DNA from: Camelus ferus
Taxonomy: Eukaryota
Length of the DNA: 64,000 nt
Assembly (NCBI RefSeq): GCF_009834535.1
Contig: NC_045696.1
Span: forward strand, 107,324,001 to 107,388,000
Direction: 5' to 3'
Position 1 is the first letter of the stretch; each line of letters starts with the position of its first letter. A program made the position numbers and the translations under genes. This document shows, piece by piece, positions 25,276 through 38,481 of this stretch. The notes beneath the pieces were generated by a model. It worked only from the letters and a program-made list of their open reading frames with translations. It ran no database searches and was not told the origin of the DNA.

Positions 25276-26389
25276 TCCAATGTCTACCAGATCTGACTTG
25301 ACTTACTACTCAACAAACATTCATTAAACTAAATACTAAATTAAAAAAGCAAAATCTTAGCAACTCTTCCCCCCAGTACAGATCCTTTCTGACTCCTTTG
25401 CCTGTCTGCCCTTTGACTTTTTCTCCCCTCGGCGCTCTCTCTAAGCACAGTGAAGAGCAATAGCCAGCCTGCTATCACGCTTTCTATATGCAAAATAACT
25501 TTTCTCTTTTCTTCCTAGTAATCCTCAAAGATTTTTTCATTTTAAAACTTGAGATGTGATTGCTCACACTGGATATTTAATATTCTATGTAATAATAATC
25601 AATGTGATAAAAATTAGAGCAAACTGCTTCATTCAGCTGTGAGGTGGTTTATGAGCCACCTGAATGATCTTTAAGGAGATACGGACTGCGCAGATTGGCA
25701 TTCTGCCCACAGCCCACACAGCAGGTGACCGCTGGGCACTGGCTCCTGACGGGGGAGGGGGGGGGGGCAGGTTGGGCGGGGGAAGGCCTGAGTTCTATTG
25801 TTAGCTCCGCTGCTCTGCAACTTGTGACCTTGAGTAAATCAATTAACTCCTGGACCTACCAGTTCCTCAGCTCTAAATAGCAGGATTAAACTTGCTGTTC
25901 TCTAAGCTCTTTTCACCCACAGCATTCTAAAATGTTCGAAGATACTGATTTTGTTTTTAGCAGTTCACCAATGAGGAGCTATCGGTGAAAAGTTCTTATA
26001 TTTTCTACAACAGGAAAGATCATCAAGACACCCTCATTCAGGCTGAATGGGGTTAAGGAAGAGGTGAGTGTACACAGGGAACTGCAGAATGATCAGGGAC
26101 GTGGAGGACAAGATTCTGTGGTGGGCCCTTCCCTCCTCTATAGATACTCCAGTGAGCCTTAGATAGCACGTGCGCAGCCCCAGGGGGTGGTGTGGACTTC
26201 ACTGCAAGGATCCCCATGCTCTTTGGCCTGGGAAAGCTTGAATATTCTAGGTTCACAGAATTCCCTTCTTCTGAAGCTCCTCCAGGGACCCAGTTCTCTC
26301 TCTCACCACCTCTGTATCCTAGAGGAGGGCCCTAACTAGGGTGGAGCATCCAAAGTTTTGTCCCATGACACCCACATTAGGACGACAAT

Positions 26390-27935
26390 CAGAAACCTGG
26401 AAGTAACCTCTCCCCTCTCTCAAAATCTCTCTAAAACAACTAGGAAGGGATTTTTTTTAAGACTATACCTACAAAGACAAAGAGAAAAGAAGAGAAGACA
26501 ACAACAACTAAATTTTGGAAGTTTGTAGATAACAACAAGGTCCTACTGTAGAGCACAAGGAACTATATTCAATACGTTAAAATAGCCTATAGTGAAAAAG
26601 AATATGAAAATGAATATATATATATATAACTGAATCATTATGCCGTACACTACAAACTGACACAACATTGTAAACTGACTATACTTCAATCAATCAATCA
26701 ACAAAGCTTGGAAGTTAGAAAATGCCTGGACAAGCACTAACTGGCTTAGCAGACTTTAGTAAACTGAATCCTAAGGGAGTGACCATAGAAGATAAGCAGC
26801 AGCCTGATTTACACTGTAAAACCCAAAGGGCTTGTGAATTGGCAGCACCAGGTACCACTGATAGTGGGATCAAAGTAAGGGATTGAGATAAAAGGGACTA
26901 ATTGAAAGTTCTTTTAAGAAGCTATCAGTTCCCCAGATGCCCTTCCCAGTCCACACAGCAGGGAAACTCTCTCTCCCCGACCCTAGTGGGAGACTTGAGA
27001 ACTTCCTTCTGAGAGCGAAGAGGAACACTGTCTGGAGAAGGAAAATCTGAGGGCCTCTGCCCTGGGGGGCATCAAGCCCAACTGAGGTCAGGGAAAACCG
27101 TGTGGGAAACAGGAGGTTGTGAATGTTCACATACTGAATGTTAAAACCATTAGCCCTCTTCTCCCTGTCAGCTCCCAGAATGCTGGCAGCCAGGCCTATA
27201 CTATTCAGGAGCCTGGAAAAACTTTCTCTGAGCATTCTGACAAGCTTATGAGAAAGACTTCAAAATTCTGACATAGGGATTTACTAACCATTGGCCTTGC
27301 TAGACCACAGTACTGTGAAATCCAGAACTAATTGAGCCCCAATCCATGTGTTCAGAGCTTCCAGTCAGCTTTTTACACCTCATCCTTAAATATAAGCAGA
27401 AGTCAAAGAACACCACACCTCTGTGGAAAGCCTCAGAGAGACCAAATCAAACACACAGATAAAGATAACTTTGAGGAAATAGAGCCCATCTAGGGAGAAA
27501 AAAATTTTTTAATAACTGAAATTCTCAGAGAGAAGGATATTACATCAACAAAAGAGGAAAACGGTATATTTATAAAGAGGACTAATTAGAGGACACAAAG
27601 GGAGCCTTGAACTTTTAAGACATTATGGTAGAATTTTTTTTTAACTAAGTAAAACAATGGAAAGGGACAATCTCCCATGATATGAAACAAAAAGACAAAA
27701 AGATAGAATACTGGGCAGAAAAAGACAATTAAAAGACCTGCTCAGGAAATCCAAAATCCAAATGAAGAGTCCAGAGAGAAGAGAGAAAACAGGGGGAGGA
27801 AATAATCCTTGAAATAATTCAGGACAATAGCTTAGAGTTTGCAGATTGAAAGGGCCCATAGAGTACCCATCATGGTACTCTAAAATAGGCCCACATCAAG
27901 GCATATCTTAGTGAAATTTCAGAACCTTGGGGATA
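26390..27935 (+). mobile_element. Old L1 5'UTR/ORF1 fragment containing a short L1 3'-end insertion (26524-26707)
   Basis: ORF1-like end (cagattgaaagggccca..cccacatcaaggcatatcttagtgaaatttcagaac). The insert is flanked by TTGGAAGTT at 26515-26523 and 26708-26716. Confidence 0.7.
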
Positions 27936-28004
27936 TATGCAGAATGTCTTTAAGTGTCTAGAAAAAAATAAACAAAAACAAAAAAAATTTAATAAGCCAT
28001 ATAA

Positions 28005-29297
28005 AAATTTAAAGATGGCACAAACAGATGGAAATATATACCATGTTCTTGGGTTGGAAGAATTAATATTGTTAAAATTACCATATGATCCAAGGCAGTC
28101 TACAGATTCAATGCAATCCCTATCAAAATACCAATGGCATTTTTCACAGAACTAGAACAAATCATAATAAAATTTGTATGGGAACACAAAAGCCCCCAAT
28201 AGCCAAAACAATCTTGAGAAAGAACAAAGCTGGAGAAATCACACTCCCTGACTTCAGACTATACTACAAAGCTATAGTAATTAAAACAGTATGCTACTGG
28301 CACAAAAACAGACACATAGACCAGTGGAACAAGATAGAAAGCCCAGAAATAAACCAACACACTTTTGGTCAATTAATCTATGACAGAGGAGGCAAGAATA
28401 CACAATGGAGAAAAGACAGTCTCTTCAATAAGTGGTGCTGGGAAAACTGGACAGCTACCTGTAAAAGACTGAAATCAGAACTTCTCTAATACCATTTACA
28501 AAAATAAACTCAAAATGGATTAATGACTTAAATGTAAGACTTAATAGTGTAAAACTCCTAAGGGAAAACATAGGTAGAATACTCATTGACATAAATCATA
28601 GCAGTATTTTTTTGGATCTGTCTCCTAAAGCAAAGGAAATAAAAGCAAAAAATAAACAAACAGGACCTAATTAAACTTAAAAGCTTTTCACAGTAAAGGA
28701 AATCTTCGACAAAATAAAAAGACAATCTAACTGCTAAATGGGAAAATATTTGTAAATGATATGACCAATAAGGGGTTAATATCCAACATACATAAACAGC
28801 TCATACAACTCAACATCAAAAAACAAATAACGTGATTAAAAAATGGGCAGAAGAACTGAACATTTTTCCAAAGAGGAAATGTAGATGGCCTACAGGCACA
28901 TGAAAAGATGCTCAACATCGCTATGCATCAGGGAAATGCAAATCAAAAACACAATGAGATACCACCTCACACCTGTCAGAATGATATCACCAAAAAGAAC
29001 ACAAATAACAATGTTGGCGAGGGTGTGGAGAAAAGAGAACCCTCGTACACTGTTGGTGGGAATGTAAATTGGTGCAGCCATTGTGGAAAATGGCATGGAG
29101 CTTTCTCAAAAAACTAAAAATAGAACTACCACATGACCCAGCAATTCGACTCCTGGGTATATATCCAAAAAAACCCAAAAACACTAATTCGAAAAGATAC
29201 ATGGGTCTCCAATGCCCACAGCAGAATTATTTACAATTGCCAAGATATGAAAGCAACCTAAGTGACCATTAACAGATGAATAGACAAAAAAGATGTG

Positions 29298-29334
<37 letters not shown>

Positions 29335-29773
29335 AATACTACTCAGCCATAAAAAGAATGAAATTTTGCCATTTGCTCAACATGAACATACTTGGAGGGT
29401 ATTATGCTGAGTGAAACAAGTCAGATAGAGAAAGATAAATACTGTATGATATCACTTATGTCTGGAATCTAAAAAATACAACAAACTAGTGAATATAACA
29501 GAAAAGAAGCAGACTCACAGATATAGAGTACAAACTATGGTTAATAGTGGGGAGAAGGAAGGGGGAGGGGAATTGTAGAGGTAGGGGTGTAAGAGATATA
29601 AACTATCATGTATAAAGTAAGCTATAAGGATAGGTATTGTACAACATGGGGGATATAGCCAATATTTTATAATAGCTATAAATGGAGTATAACTTTTGAA
29701 AGGTTTGACTCATTCTGTTGTATATCTGTAACTTACATAATATTGTACAATCGATTATACTTTAATAATAAAT

Positions 29774-29812
<39 letters not shown>
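28005..29812 (+). mobile_element. 5'-truncated L1 (ORF2 3' part + 3'UTR), (CA)n at 29301-29332 and (TCAA)n tail
   Basis: ORF-track peptides 28085-28489, 28885-29067 and 29069-29272 are L1 ORF2p with frameshifts. Confidence 0.93.
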
Positions 29813-29814
<2 letters not shown>

Positions 29815-30115
29815 AATTCTTGGGGCTTCTCACATGTGCTCAGAGCTTCCAGCCAAATTTTCAGTGCTCTATTCTTAAATATGAGTCAAAGACAGAAGCC
29901 AAAGAAAAATTGTGAATGATGACAGAAAAAGACTAAGCCCAACCTTAAAGTATAAAACTCCCCCCTAACCCTCACTACTCCCTGAGGAGCCAGTGTGATG
30001 GATGGAGCCAGAGCTGAGAACCTGCTCAGCAAGCCATCCCTTTACCATTCCCTCAGAATCCACCTCCACCACCCCACCCTTCACTATTCACATGCCGCCC
30101 TCCTGCCCTCCTCAA

Positions 30116-30146
30116 CCTCTCTCTCCCTCTCTCCTTTTCTCTCTCC

Positions 30147-30227
<81 letters not shown>

Positions 30228-30228
30228 A
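30116..30228. repeat. Compound (CT)n(CA)n microsatellite
   Basis: Seen directly. Confidence 0.95.
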
Positions 30229-30932
30229 GGCTTGATTTGAGGGCATGCATCATGCTGCTTTTCTTGATAGCAAACGTTGTTAATTACAACTCTGCCCAGG
30301 AAACAGGCAAAGATCCCAAGAGCTCAGGTCTTGACAGTAGGGAGCTGCACTTCTTTCTGGACAAAGAGTCAGGCTTGAGTTAGTGACAAATTCTAAATTG
30401 GTATGAGACTTTCCCATTTCCTTTAAGCATAATGCTTCATTGATTGCAAGCTGAATCACATATTGAGTCTGCTTCTCACACTGTCAGCGGGAAGTGTAAT
30501 TCCTGAATGACTCCCAGCAGACATTTATAGATTTTTCAGTCTGTTGAGTTATAAAAGATACCCAAAGCCTTTTTTTTCATCCTGAAGACTTTTAAATAAA
30601 TCTTGATCTCAACAGCTAAGTCGTTGAAGATAATTATATACAACACACTGGGAGTAATCTGCATAGAAGCAAGAGTTAAGTTAATGAGGACAGAAAAACA
30701 ATCAAGTAAGTGTGTAAAGAAACAAAGAACAAAGGACTGAGGACTGGAGTTCTACCTTCCAGTTTGCTCTTGTTTAAGAAGTAAAAGAAAGAAAAATAAC
30801 TGTTTAAGGCTATAGGGCAAAGATGGGAATAAGAACCTGGTACCCTAGTACCAGGACAGAAAAAAAAAAAGAATATTTCCATAAGGGGTGGTGGACAGAG
30901 TAAAAGATATTGGGGAGAGCAAGAAGAAGGGA

Positions 30933-31345
30933 TGTGGCAGACCCAGTTAGTGCCCCATCCAAATACTCTTGGTCTTAATAGTTACAGGGCAGGACTCCTA
31001 AATCCAACAGTCTAAATGCCTTTGGCTATGAGAGTCTGCTCTGCCCCGACAGTGACAAGCAAGATGTACTGGGGAATTAATGCTTCCCCATCCTCACTGC
31101 AGTGCAACAGCCCTCAACCAAAGACTGACTAGAGTTGGTATATAAATACTCCATGTCCCATCACCCCTTAGGAGAACTCTGACCCCATGTTCTACACCGA
31201 CTCCCAGAGTTCTTCAACAGCATTAAGTTCTAGTCACTCACAGTGGTAGTTGACTTAATAGGACACCGTTTATTGGCCTTCTTCCTTTTTCTTTCTCACT
31301 TCCCTACACCCCTACTGTGGCTTCCTAGCATCATCTCCAAAAGAC
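30933..31345 (+). mobile_element. ERVL solo LTR (LTR16-like)
   Basis: Starts TGTGGCAG; cagccctcaaccaaagactgac..gagttggtatataaatac..catgttctacac..ctcccagagtt..cacagtggta motifs. Confidence 0.7.
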
Positions 31346-32290
31346 TGGGATGAGAAAAGACCATTGATAAGATAGCCTGAAGGATGTTGAGAGGTCAACA
31401 TCTGTAGAATGGAAAAGACAGAAGTCATATAGCTAGATTCTAAGGGGAGAGCTGGCGATGAAGAATTGGAGACAGAAATGAGAAACTTTTTCCAGAAGTT
31501 TAGCATTTAGAGGAAGAAAAATGGTGCGGGGTTATTATTAATGGGGCAATGGAATTGGGCAAAATCTTTTTGTTTGCATCAATCTAGGAGAGATCCAATG
31601 CAGAGTTTTAGACATTTGACTCTAGGACCATTTATGTCTTCCTGGGAGCTCCCCTCCCGCTTTAGGTTCGCCTTCTAACTGCTCTTCTGTTTTATCACCT
31701 CTTTGGCTAGCTTCTCTTCTTTGTCCAGACTTTAGGGTGTGTTTTTGAGTTTGCCCTCTCCTCATCTCTTTCTACATCCTCTCTCTGGGTAATCTAACCC
31801 TATCCCAAGGCTTGAACTTCCACCTATACACTACTGATTTCTAAATATGTACCTTTAACCCAGACCTTTTCCTGGGCTCCAGACCCAACTGCCTACTCTA
31901 TCTATCCAGCAGACACCTCAAAATAATCATGCAAAAGTTGAACTTTCCATATTCTCAAATTCATTTTTCCTTTGTATGTAGTTGGTGAGTGGTACTATCA
32001 TTCATCTAGTTACCTGTATCAGAAAAGTGGAACTCATCCTGAACTCCACCCTCTTCATCCAATCAGTCATTACACTGAACAAGTCCTTTCCTTTTCTTTA
32101 ACATCTCCTAAGTCCACCCATTCTTTCCATCTCCACTGTTCCTGCCTGATTTAAGGTCATTAGCATCTCTTGCATGAACCATAAATGTCTTCTGAGTGGT
32201 CTTACTGCTTTTAGTCTTGACCTGTTCAGCATATTGTTCATATTCCTGCCAAATAGATTCCTGCTGTTTAAAACATCTCCAGGCTTTGTC
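31345..32290. mobile_element. L2 fragments (minus ~31345-31600, plus ~31620-32290)
   Basis: ccagacctt..cctgggctccagacccaactgcctact; ttccatctccactg..; aactttttccagaagtttagc. Confidence 0.65.
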
Positions 32291-32311
32291 ACGTGCACAT
32301 GTGTGCACATG

Positions 32312-32323
32312 TAGAGAGAGAGA

Positions 32324-32420
<97 letters not shown>

Positions 32421-32482
32421 AGAAGGAGGGAGGGAAGGAGGGAGGGAGGAAGGAAGGAAGAAAGGAAGAAAGAAACAGAGAG
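32312..32482. repeat. (GAAA)n + (GGAA/GGAG)n polypurine tract
   Basis: Seen directly. Confidence 0.95.
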
Positions 32483-32944
32483 ACTCTAGAAGAATGTTCA
32501 TGGTCAGAGTTGGGGAAAATTGTGTCAAGGACCCAGCCTGAAAGATATCAGACTTCTGGATCCATTCCCATTTCCCTTTCTGTAGGTTCAAAACAAGAAT
32601 CTGCCTCCCACCATCACAGATAATAACTCCATTGGACTCTTCCTGGGGTCAGCCTCTTGAATCAGGGTACAGACAGGAAAGACATCCCCTGGTGTTTTTC
32701 ATCTATGGATGACAGCCACCAGTGGAGGGCCCAAGGTTAAGAAGCAGAGCTGAAGATGGGTCACGACACAGAGACAGAAAGTTCAAGGTGGAAGAGCCGG
32801 GCTAAGACAAGCATGTTTAAGGCAAAGGCCAATATGGCATGATCCAGAAGGGGTTTTCTTTTTCCTTAGAAAATCCTTGTTTAGGAAGTTGATTCCGGAC
32901 CAGATCGTAGATCCCACACGGGTCAGCAACAACATCTCCTAAGA

Positions 32945-34168
32945 CAGTGGTCTCAACCTCAGGCCCCATGCAACCCTGGAAGCATATGAAGACTTTCTCA
33001 CTAATTTTTTTCTAAATGATTGATGTGGGTTTGTATCCTGCAGGTTCTTCTATTCATAACTACCATTTTGCAGTTAAACTTCTTCCTCTTTACAGGAGAA
33101 AGGCACACTCATCATCACCCATCCTGAATCTTACTATGGTGCATCTAAAAAAAGGTGTGCATGTATGGGACAGGGGTGATGTTTTGGTGTTGGTGTTGAG
33201 AAAGTGGGATAACAAAACTTTTATAAGCCAGGTGTTTCCTATTCTTTCTTCAATAAAATTGAAGGAGGATCTAATCAAGTTATCAGCTGACAGCTCAACA
33301 AAAATAAATTTTTATAATATATCATTCTGCTGGTTTTTTGGCATATAACTTAAGAGGAGTTTGAAGCATTGAGTGACATTTGTTTATAACAAAATGCCTT
33401 CCGTTTCCATCATCTTATTTATATAAATAAGATTTCTCAGGGCTCACACATACATAAGCAAACAAAAAAGGAATATGATTGATGCTGGATGCTATCTCAT
33501 TCCAGCAACAAATAATTTTCATCCATCCATTCATGAACCGCTTTTAAAAGTAGCTGTCCACCTCAGTAATAAACTTCCTCCAATAAATTTTTATTCTGAT
33601 GTTTACTACTACTTATTAAAGTTTGTGATATATTTATATTGTTTTAATCAAATGTGTAATTATATTCATTGTAATGATAACTCAATCCAGAAGAACTTTA
33701 AGTAGTTAAAATCTAACGGTCATAGCAAATGTTTTAAAATTTCATTTCTATTTATATACATAATTTTTATAACAAAGAAGTATGATAGTATGATCAATAA
33801 AAGACTTCGAAGTATAAAAATATATTAGGATAAAATTCTGTGGAAGCAGTGAAATGGAAGTAAAAAGTTCAAGGAGAAAAAAAGATGCAATGCAATTTTG
33901 CAATGCAGAATTTTCTACTGAAAAAGAGGTTGTTTGTGTATATTTTAAATGGATGTTAGTTGGAGGATGGTATTGAATTGCTTTGGTATTTAGATTCCAC
34001 TGGACTCATTTAAAAGAATGATATAAGAGTTTATTTTTAAATACCAATATTTATAAAGTGCCAGAAAGTATATCATTTGCAATGATTAAACATGCAAAAT
34101 ATGCATGGGATACACAGTTTTCAAATTATTTTAGAGAAGATAAGAGCAAAAATATTTCAAGACCACTG
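32945..34168 (+). mobile_element. hAT-Charlie DNA transposon (internally deleted) with transposase C-terminal remnant
   Basis: TIRs CAGTGGTCTCAA / TCAAGACCACTG. 33250-33530 translates across frameshifts as KLKEDLIKLSADSS..LPFPSSYLY..FS..KRNMID, resembling the hAT dimerisation domain. Confidence 0.8.
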
Positions 34169-34574
34169 AGTTAAGATTCTGTTTTGTTTTAAGTTAACCG
34201 AGACTCAAAAGGACCACTATCACCATAAAAGGGCTCCCGGTTCTGATAATTCTCCTTAGCACAGAGGAAAAACTTGGCATTGAGCCAGGCTCATAAAGTT
34301 CTATCTGCCCATTTCAGATTCTATCAGCTTTGTAACTGGCCAGCCACCTCCCTTGGTCTCACTTTTCCTCTCAGCCTCCCCTCCCAACTCCAAACTAGAG
34401 CCTTACAGGATTCTTGCACCTCCCCCCACAAGTCACTGTAACACTCTGTACCCCACGCCTTTGCTCAGACTGCTCCTTCTACCTAGGATGCCCCCTCACC
34501 TCTCCCCTCAGCTCCCCTTCTCCATCCAACAGGGAATTTCTCCCACAAATTGTCATTCAAAACTGGCCCTCTAT

Positions 34575-34684
34575 TAGGGTGACCAAACACCCCAGTTTTC
34601 CCAGGACTGAAAGGTTTCCTTGGGATGAGGGACTTTCCTAAAATCAGAAGAGTCCCAGGCCAACCAGGATTTTTGGTCACTCCA
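34575..34684. mobile_element. hAT-Blackjack MITE (MER94-like)
   Basis: TIRs TAGGGTGACCAA / TTGGTCACTCCA with internal GGACT/AGTCC symmetry. Confidence 0.75.
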
Positions 34685-35277
34685 CTATTCTATGTTCAAG
34701 GGACTCACAATTTGGCTTGGGAAAAGTGACCCTCAACTTTAGAGTGTTAACTTCTGTCTTCTTCCTACTGACTGACTTCTCACCTGTGGAAGATAATTAC
34801 TCTTCCATATTCTGAGAGCACCTTCTTAGAATACTACAATTCAAATGCTTTAAGCATTTGAGTTACCATATTCCCAATTACCAGCTCATACTTTAAAGAG
34901 CAGTTACTTTGTGATCTTAACAGAAGCACTCTCTTCTAATTAATTAAGCTAATTAAGTTTGCATATTCAATTCCTACCAGTGCATGCCTTAGATCATCAC
35001 TTCAAAATAAGGTATCTATAAAGATTGGAACTCTTAATCCCCTAAAGATAATTTTGAGAGAAGCATTGTAAATTTCCTGTGACTGTATGAATGTGTGTTT
35101 GGAGAGGTAGAAGATGAAATTTGATTTGAAACCTTAGAAGAGTTTCCAGAATTTCCCAGAGTCAGAATGTGGTCAGGACTGAAGATGCCATAGAGACCTG
35201 TTACCTGACTAAGACTCAGTATCCAATCCAGTAAGCATACTAATATCCATTTTATTAAACTATTGAAGGGATTAAAA

Positions 35278-35540
35278 GAGGCAGTGTGGCAACTTGGTTA
35301 AGAGCACAGATTCTGAAATTAGGCAGCCTGGGCTTGAATTTTGTCTCTTATAGCTTACTAGCTGTGTGACCATGGACAAGTCACTTAACATCTCTGAACC
35401 TCAATTTCCTCGTCTGTAAAATGGGGATGACAATAGAAGATGCCTCATAGGCTTATTATGAGGATTGAATGAATTAATGGGTACAAAGTGCTTAGAACAG
35501 TACCTTGTACATAGTAAGTGACACATAATTGTTTGTCAAA
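35278..35540 (+). mobile_element. Near full-length MIR
   Basis: ggttaagagcacagattctg..ctagctgtgtgaccatggacaagtcacttaacatctctgaacctcaatttcctcgtctgtaaaatgggg..aaagtgcttagaacagt. Confidence 0.9.
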
Positions 35541-36010
35541 CAAGTGTACAGAAAGTGCCTGGAGCATTCATAGGAGCCTAGAAATGGAAGCTTTTATTGT
35601 ATTTATAGACTGTCTTTCTTAGCTGGAATCTGTACACTTTCAGAGAATAACTGGATTGAACAGAAGTTCAACAAATTACTGAACCGTGAGAATAGATTTT
35701 CTAACTCTCCACTGAGAGTCCTTTGTTCAAATTATTTAGGGCTCACTGAGAAAAGACTTTGAGAGGACAGTTTTTTGTTTGTTTGTTTGTTTGTTTTAGC
35801 ATGGATAAGAAAATCTGACAATTGACAACAGAATTATTTTAAATAGTTTTATATTAGCGAGAGTATCCCAGAGGTTTTCATGGCAAGCGTTTTATTTCCT
35901 TGCCCAGGAAGGAAGGCCCGCATTTACAGCATGGTTCAGAGTCTGGGTCAGCAGGCAGCTTTCCTCAGCAGGGCTCCCCTTGATACACAGGACTGTGAAA
36001 CCAATTTTGG

Positions 36011-36024
36011 GTTACCATGGTAAC
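36011..36024. promoter_or_regulatory. Perfect palindromic RFX X-box
   Basis: GTTACCATGGTAAC in non-repeat sequence; function untested. Confidence 0.55.
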
Positions 36025-36332
36025 TAAGGGAGCCTCTGGAAATTTTTCCAAATGAAACATTCATTCAGGGCATCAACAGGCATGGCCTGAGGGGAGGAGG
36101 GAGTGGGGAGAGGGACAAAAATGCACTGTCCCTGACCCCACCAAGTTCACAAGTCTACTGGAAAGACAGAGTATTTTCAAAAATCATTATATTAAAAAGA
36201 TGCTTTCTTTTTCTTTTTACATTTTAAAGCTTTTGAAATAAGATGGGTCAATGTATGAGTTCATTTAGCATTATGGGTTCCCCTGACCCACATATCTATT
36301 ACCAAGTTAATAGATTAAAAGATGTCTTATAA

Positions 36333-36444
36333 CTGGGGGCTGGGTACAGCTCAGTGGTAGAGTGCGTGCTTAGCATGCACAAGGTCCAGGTTTCAATCCT
36401 CAGTACCTCCATTAATAAACAAATGTAAATAAACAAATTAAAAT
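36333..36444 (+). mobile_element. Camelid tRNA-derived SINE (Vic-1-like)
   Basis: A/B-box tRNA-like head and A-rich tail; TSD AAAAGATGTCTTATAA at 36317-36332 and 36445-36460. Confidence 0.92.
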
Positions 36445-37271
36445 AAAAGATGTCTTATAATCTATAGCTTTTTGGAACTAAAGAAATTTGATATGCTAGC
36501 ATGCCCTGTGCTGACCAAAATGTACAAAAGACAGAAGGGGTCAAGCCTTGGCGGGGAGGGAGAAGCAGCATGAGTGTAGCCGAGCTCCCCAGGAAGCTCT
36601 CTGCCAACATCTGCCTTGGTTCTAAACTATCTGGATACAGAAAAAGATACAGGATTCTACCAGCAGGATGCTAATCAAATTGCCTTCTCTCTCCCTTTCT
36701 CTCTCTCTCTCTGTTAAGTAACCAGCCTTACTTTATGACACAGAGATGACAGAAAAATGAGAGGAACAGAACTTGATGGTGGCAAGGCTTGTGTGCACAG
36801 ATGGCCAGCCTGTGAGCACTCATCCCTGACTCTTCAAGTCTAGGCAGCAAGGAGCAGACCTGCTTGAGGGGGCTCTGTTGGTAGCATCAGCTTAATTTAG
36901 CAAACTAGCCTCCTGTCAAACTAACAAGGAACTCTAGAACTAGGGCCACGTGTACCAGCCAGTCCCAGTTCTACACTCCTTCTTGTGGACTGGAGGTAGA
37001 GTACTGTCCAAAAACCAAGAATGCCACACACTTACATAGCCCTTCCTGTGTAAAAACTCTGACATTGTGCTAAGAGCCTCACATAGCTAATTCATCTAAT
37101 CCACACAAGAACTTCATAGGTAGAGATTATTACCATCCCCATTTTACCAGTGAGAAGATCAAGGTATAGACGGAAAACAACCTGCTCAAAGCCCCACAGC
37201 CCTAAGCAGCCACTAATCTACTTTCTGTCTCTATAGATGAGGCACTGAGATTTGAACCTACTTTGACTTTG

Positions 37272-37467
37272 TTTTTACTTCTGTTTGTTTGTTTGTTTGG
37301 GGGGAGATAATTTTGGTATGACTTTATTTTCATTTATTTTTTTGTTTGGGGGGAGGTCATTAGGTTTATTTATTTATCTGTTTTTTAATAGAGGTACTGG
37401 GGATTGAACTCAGGACCTCGTGCATGCCAGGAATGCACTCTACCATTGAGCTACACCCTCACCCCTT
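37272..37467 (-). mobile_element. Camelid SINE inserted at the end of a MIR (MIR ~37030-37270)
   Basis: gaggtactggggattgaactcaggacctcgtgcatg..actctaccattgagctacaccc; flanking TGACTTT repeat. Confidence 0.85.
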
Positions 37468-38119
37468 GGTCTGACTTTAGAGTCCAAGTTCTCTACCCTC
37501 TGCTGCCTCTTGGCCTTGCTGTTAGTTAGACAAGCCCACACGGGGAGTCCAGGACCACACAGAGATAGATCTTTACCTTGGCTTTCATGGTATGTTCCCA
37601 CTCTTAGAGAGTAGAGAGCAGGGAGAAGAGGTAAAGGGTGGGGATGGCTTCTACAGATCACTTATGTCTAGCCCCTCCCACAGGGTGGGATCAGGTAGAG
37701 TGAGGGTTCCTGACTCTCAGTCCACGCCATGTGGCCAACTGCTTGTAGATGAAAAAGGAACCTCTCCCTTTTGCATCCTCTCAAGCTCTCCATCCACAGC
37801 CCCTTCATTCATTTACCCAGAGGCCTTCAGGGGCCAAGAATGTAACATAAATAGAGAACTAAAGAACAAATGCTCAAATTCAAAAACATTAAAATTTATG
37901 CCTGACAAAGAAAACAGTTCTGGAGACAGAATGGAGACTGGGGAAGTTGCCAGCTTGCAGTTGCTGGTCTATTTCTTTGTTCCCCACTCATAGCCAGGGC
38001 CTCACTCCTTTTTGGTGCTCAGCCTCCAAGGAACTGACACCTAGTCATCACCCCTCATCCTAATCCCTTGCTGGGTAGACCAGAGGACGCATCATTGATC
38101 TGGGTCTTAAAAGATGGAC

Positions 38120-38481
38120 AGGAGTTTACCAGGAGGAGTTTGACAACAAAGAAAAATGTATTCCAGGCAGAAATAAATAGAAAGAGCAAAAGGTGAGAGA
38201 TAGACAACTTAAGAGACTTCCTGGGGATCTGAAAGTAATTTTATGTGACTGGAGAGTATGGACATCAGATGAGGCTGGAGAGGAAGACAGGACCAGGCAC
38301 CAGCAGGATTCCAGCACCTACTAAAGAAACTTAGCTTTTACCCTGAGTCCATGAGAGGCCCCCAGAGATTTTAAGCTGGAAAATAAGATGCTATGATTTC
38401 TGTTTAGAACCTTCACCCTGACAGCTGCAAGGAGAATGTCAGAGCCAGTGGGGAGCTGCGAGCAGACCAGGCTGCTTGAAC
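38120..38481 (-). mobile_element. L2 fragment, cut by the assembly gap
   Basis: attccaggcagaaa..gtgactggag..agatgaggctggagagg..gattttaagc..gatttctgttt. Confidence 0.7.

Noticed and set aside
27340..29905. Diverged repeat of catgtg.tcagagcttccag..cttaaatat at ~27345 and ~29833
   Set aside because: Too diverged for a TSD; best explained as two fragments of the same old L1 5' region.
29995..32591. RERE / KERK / SFFL repeat peptides
   Set aside because: Translations of microsatellites.
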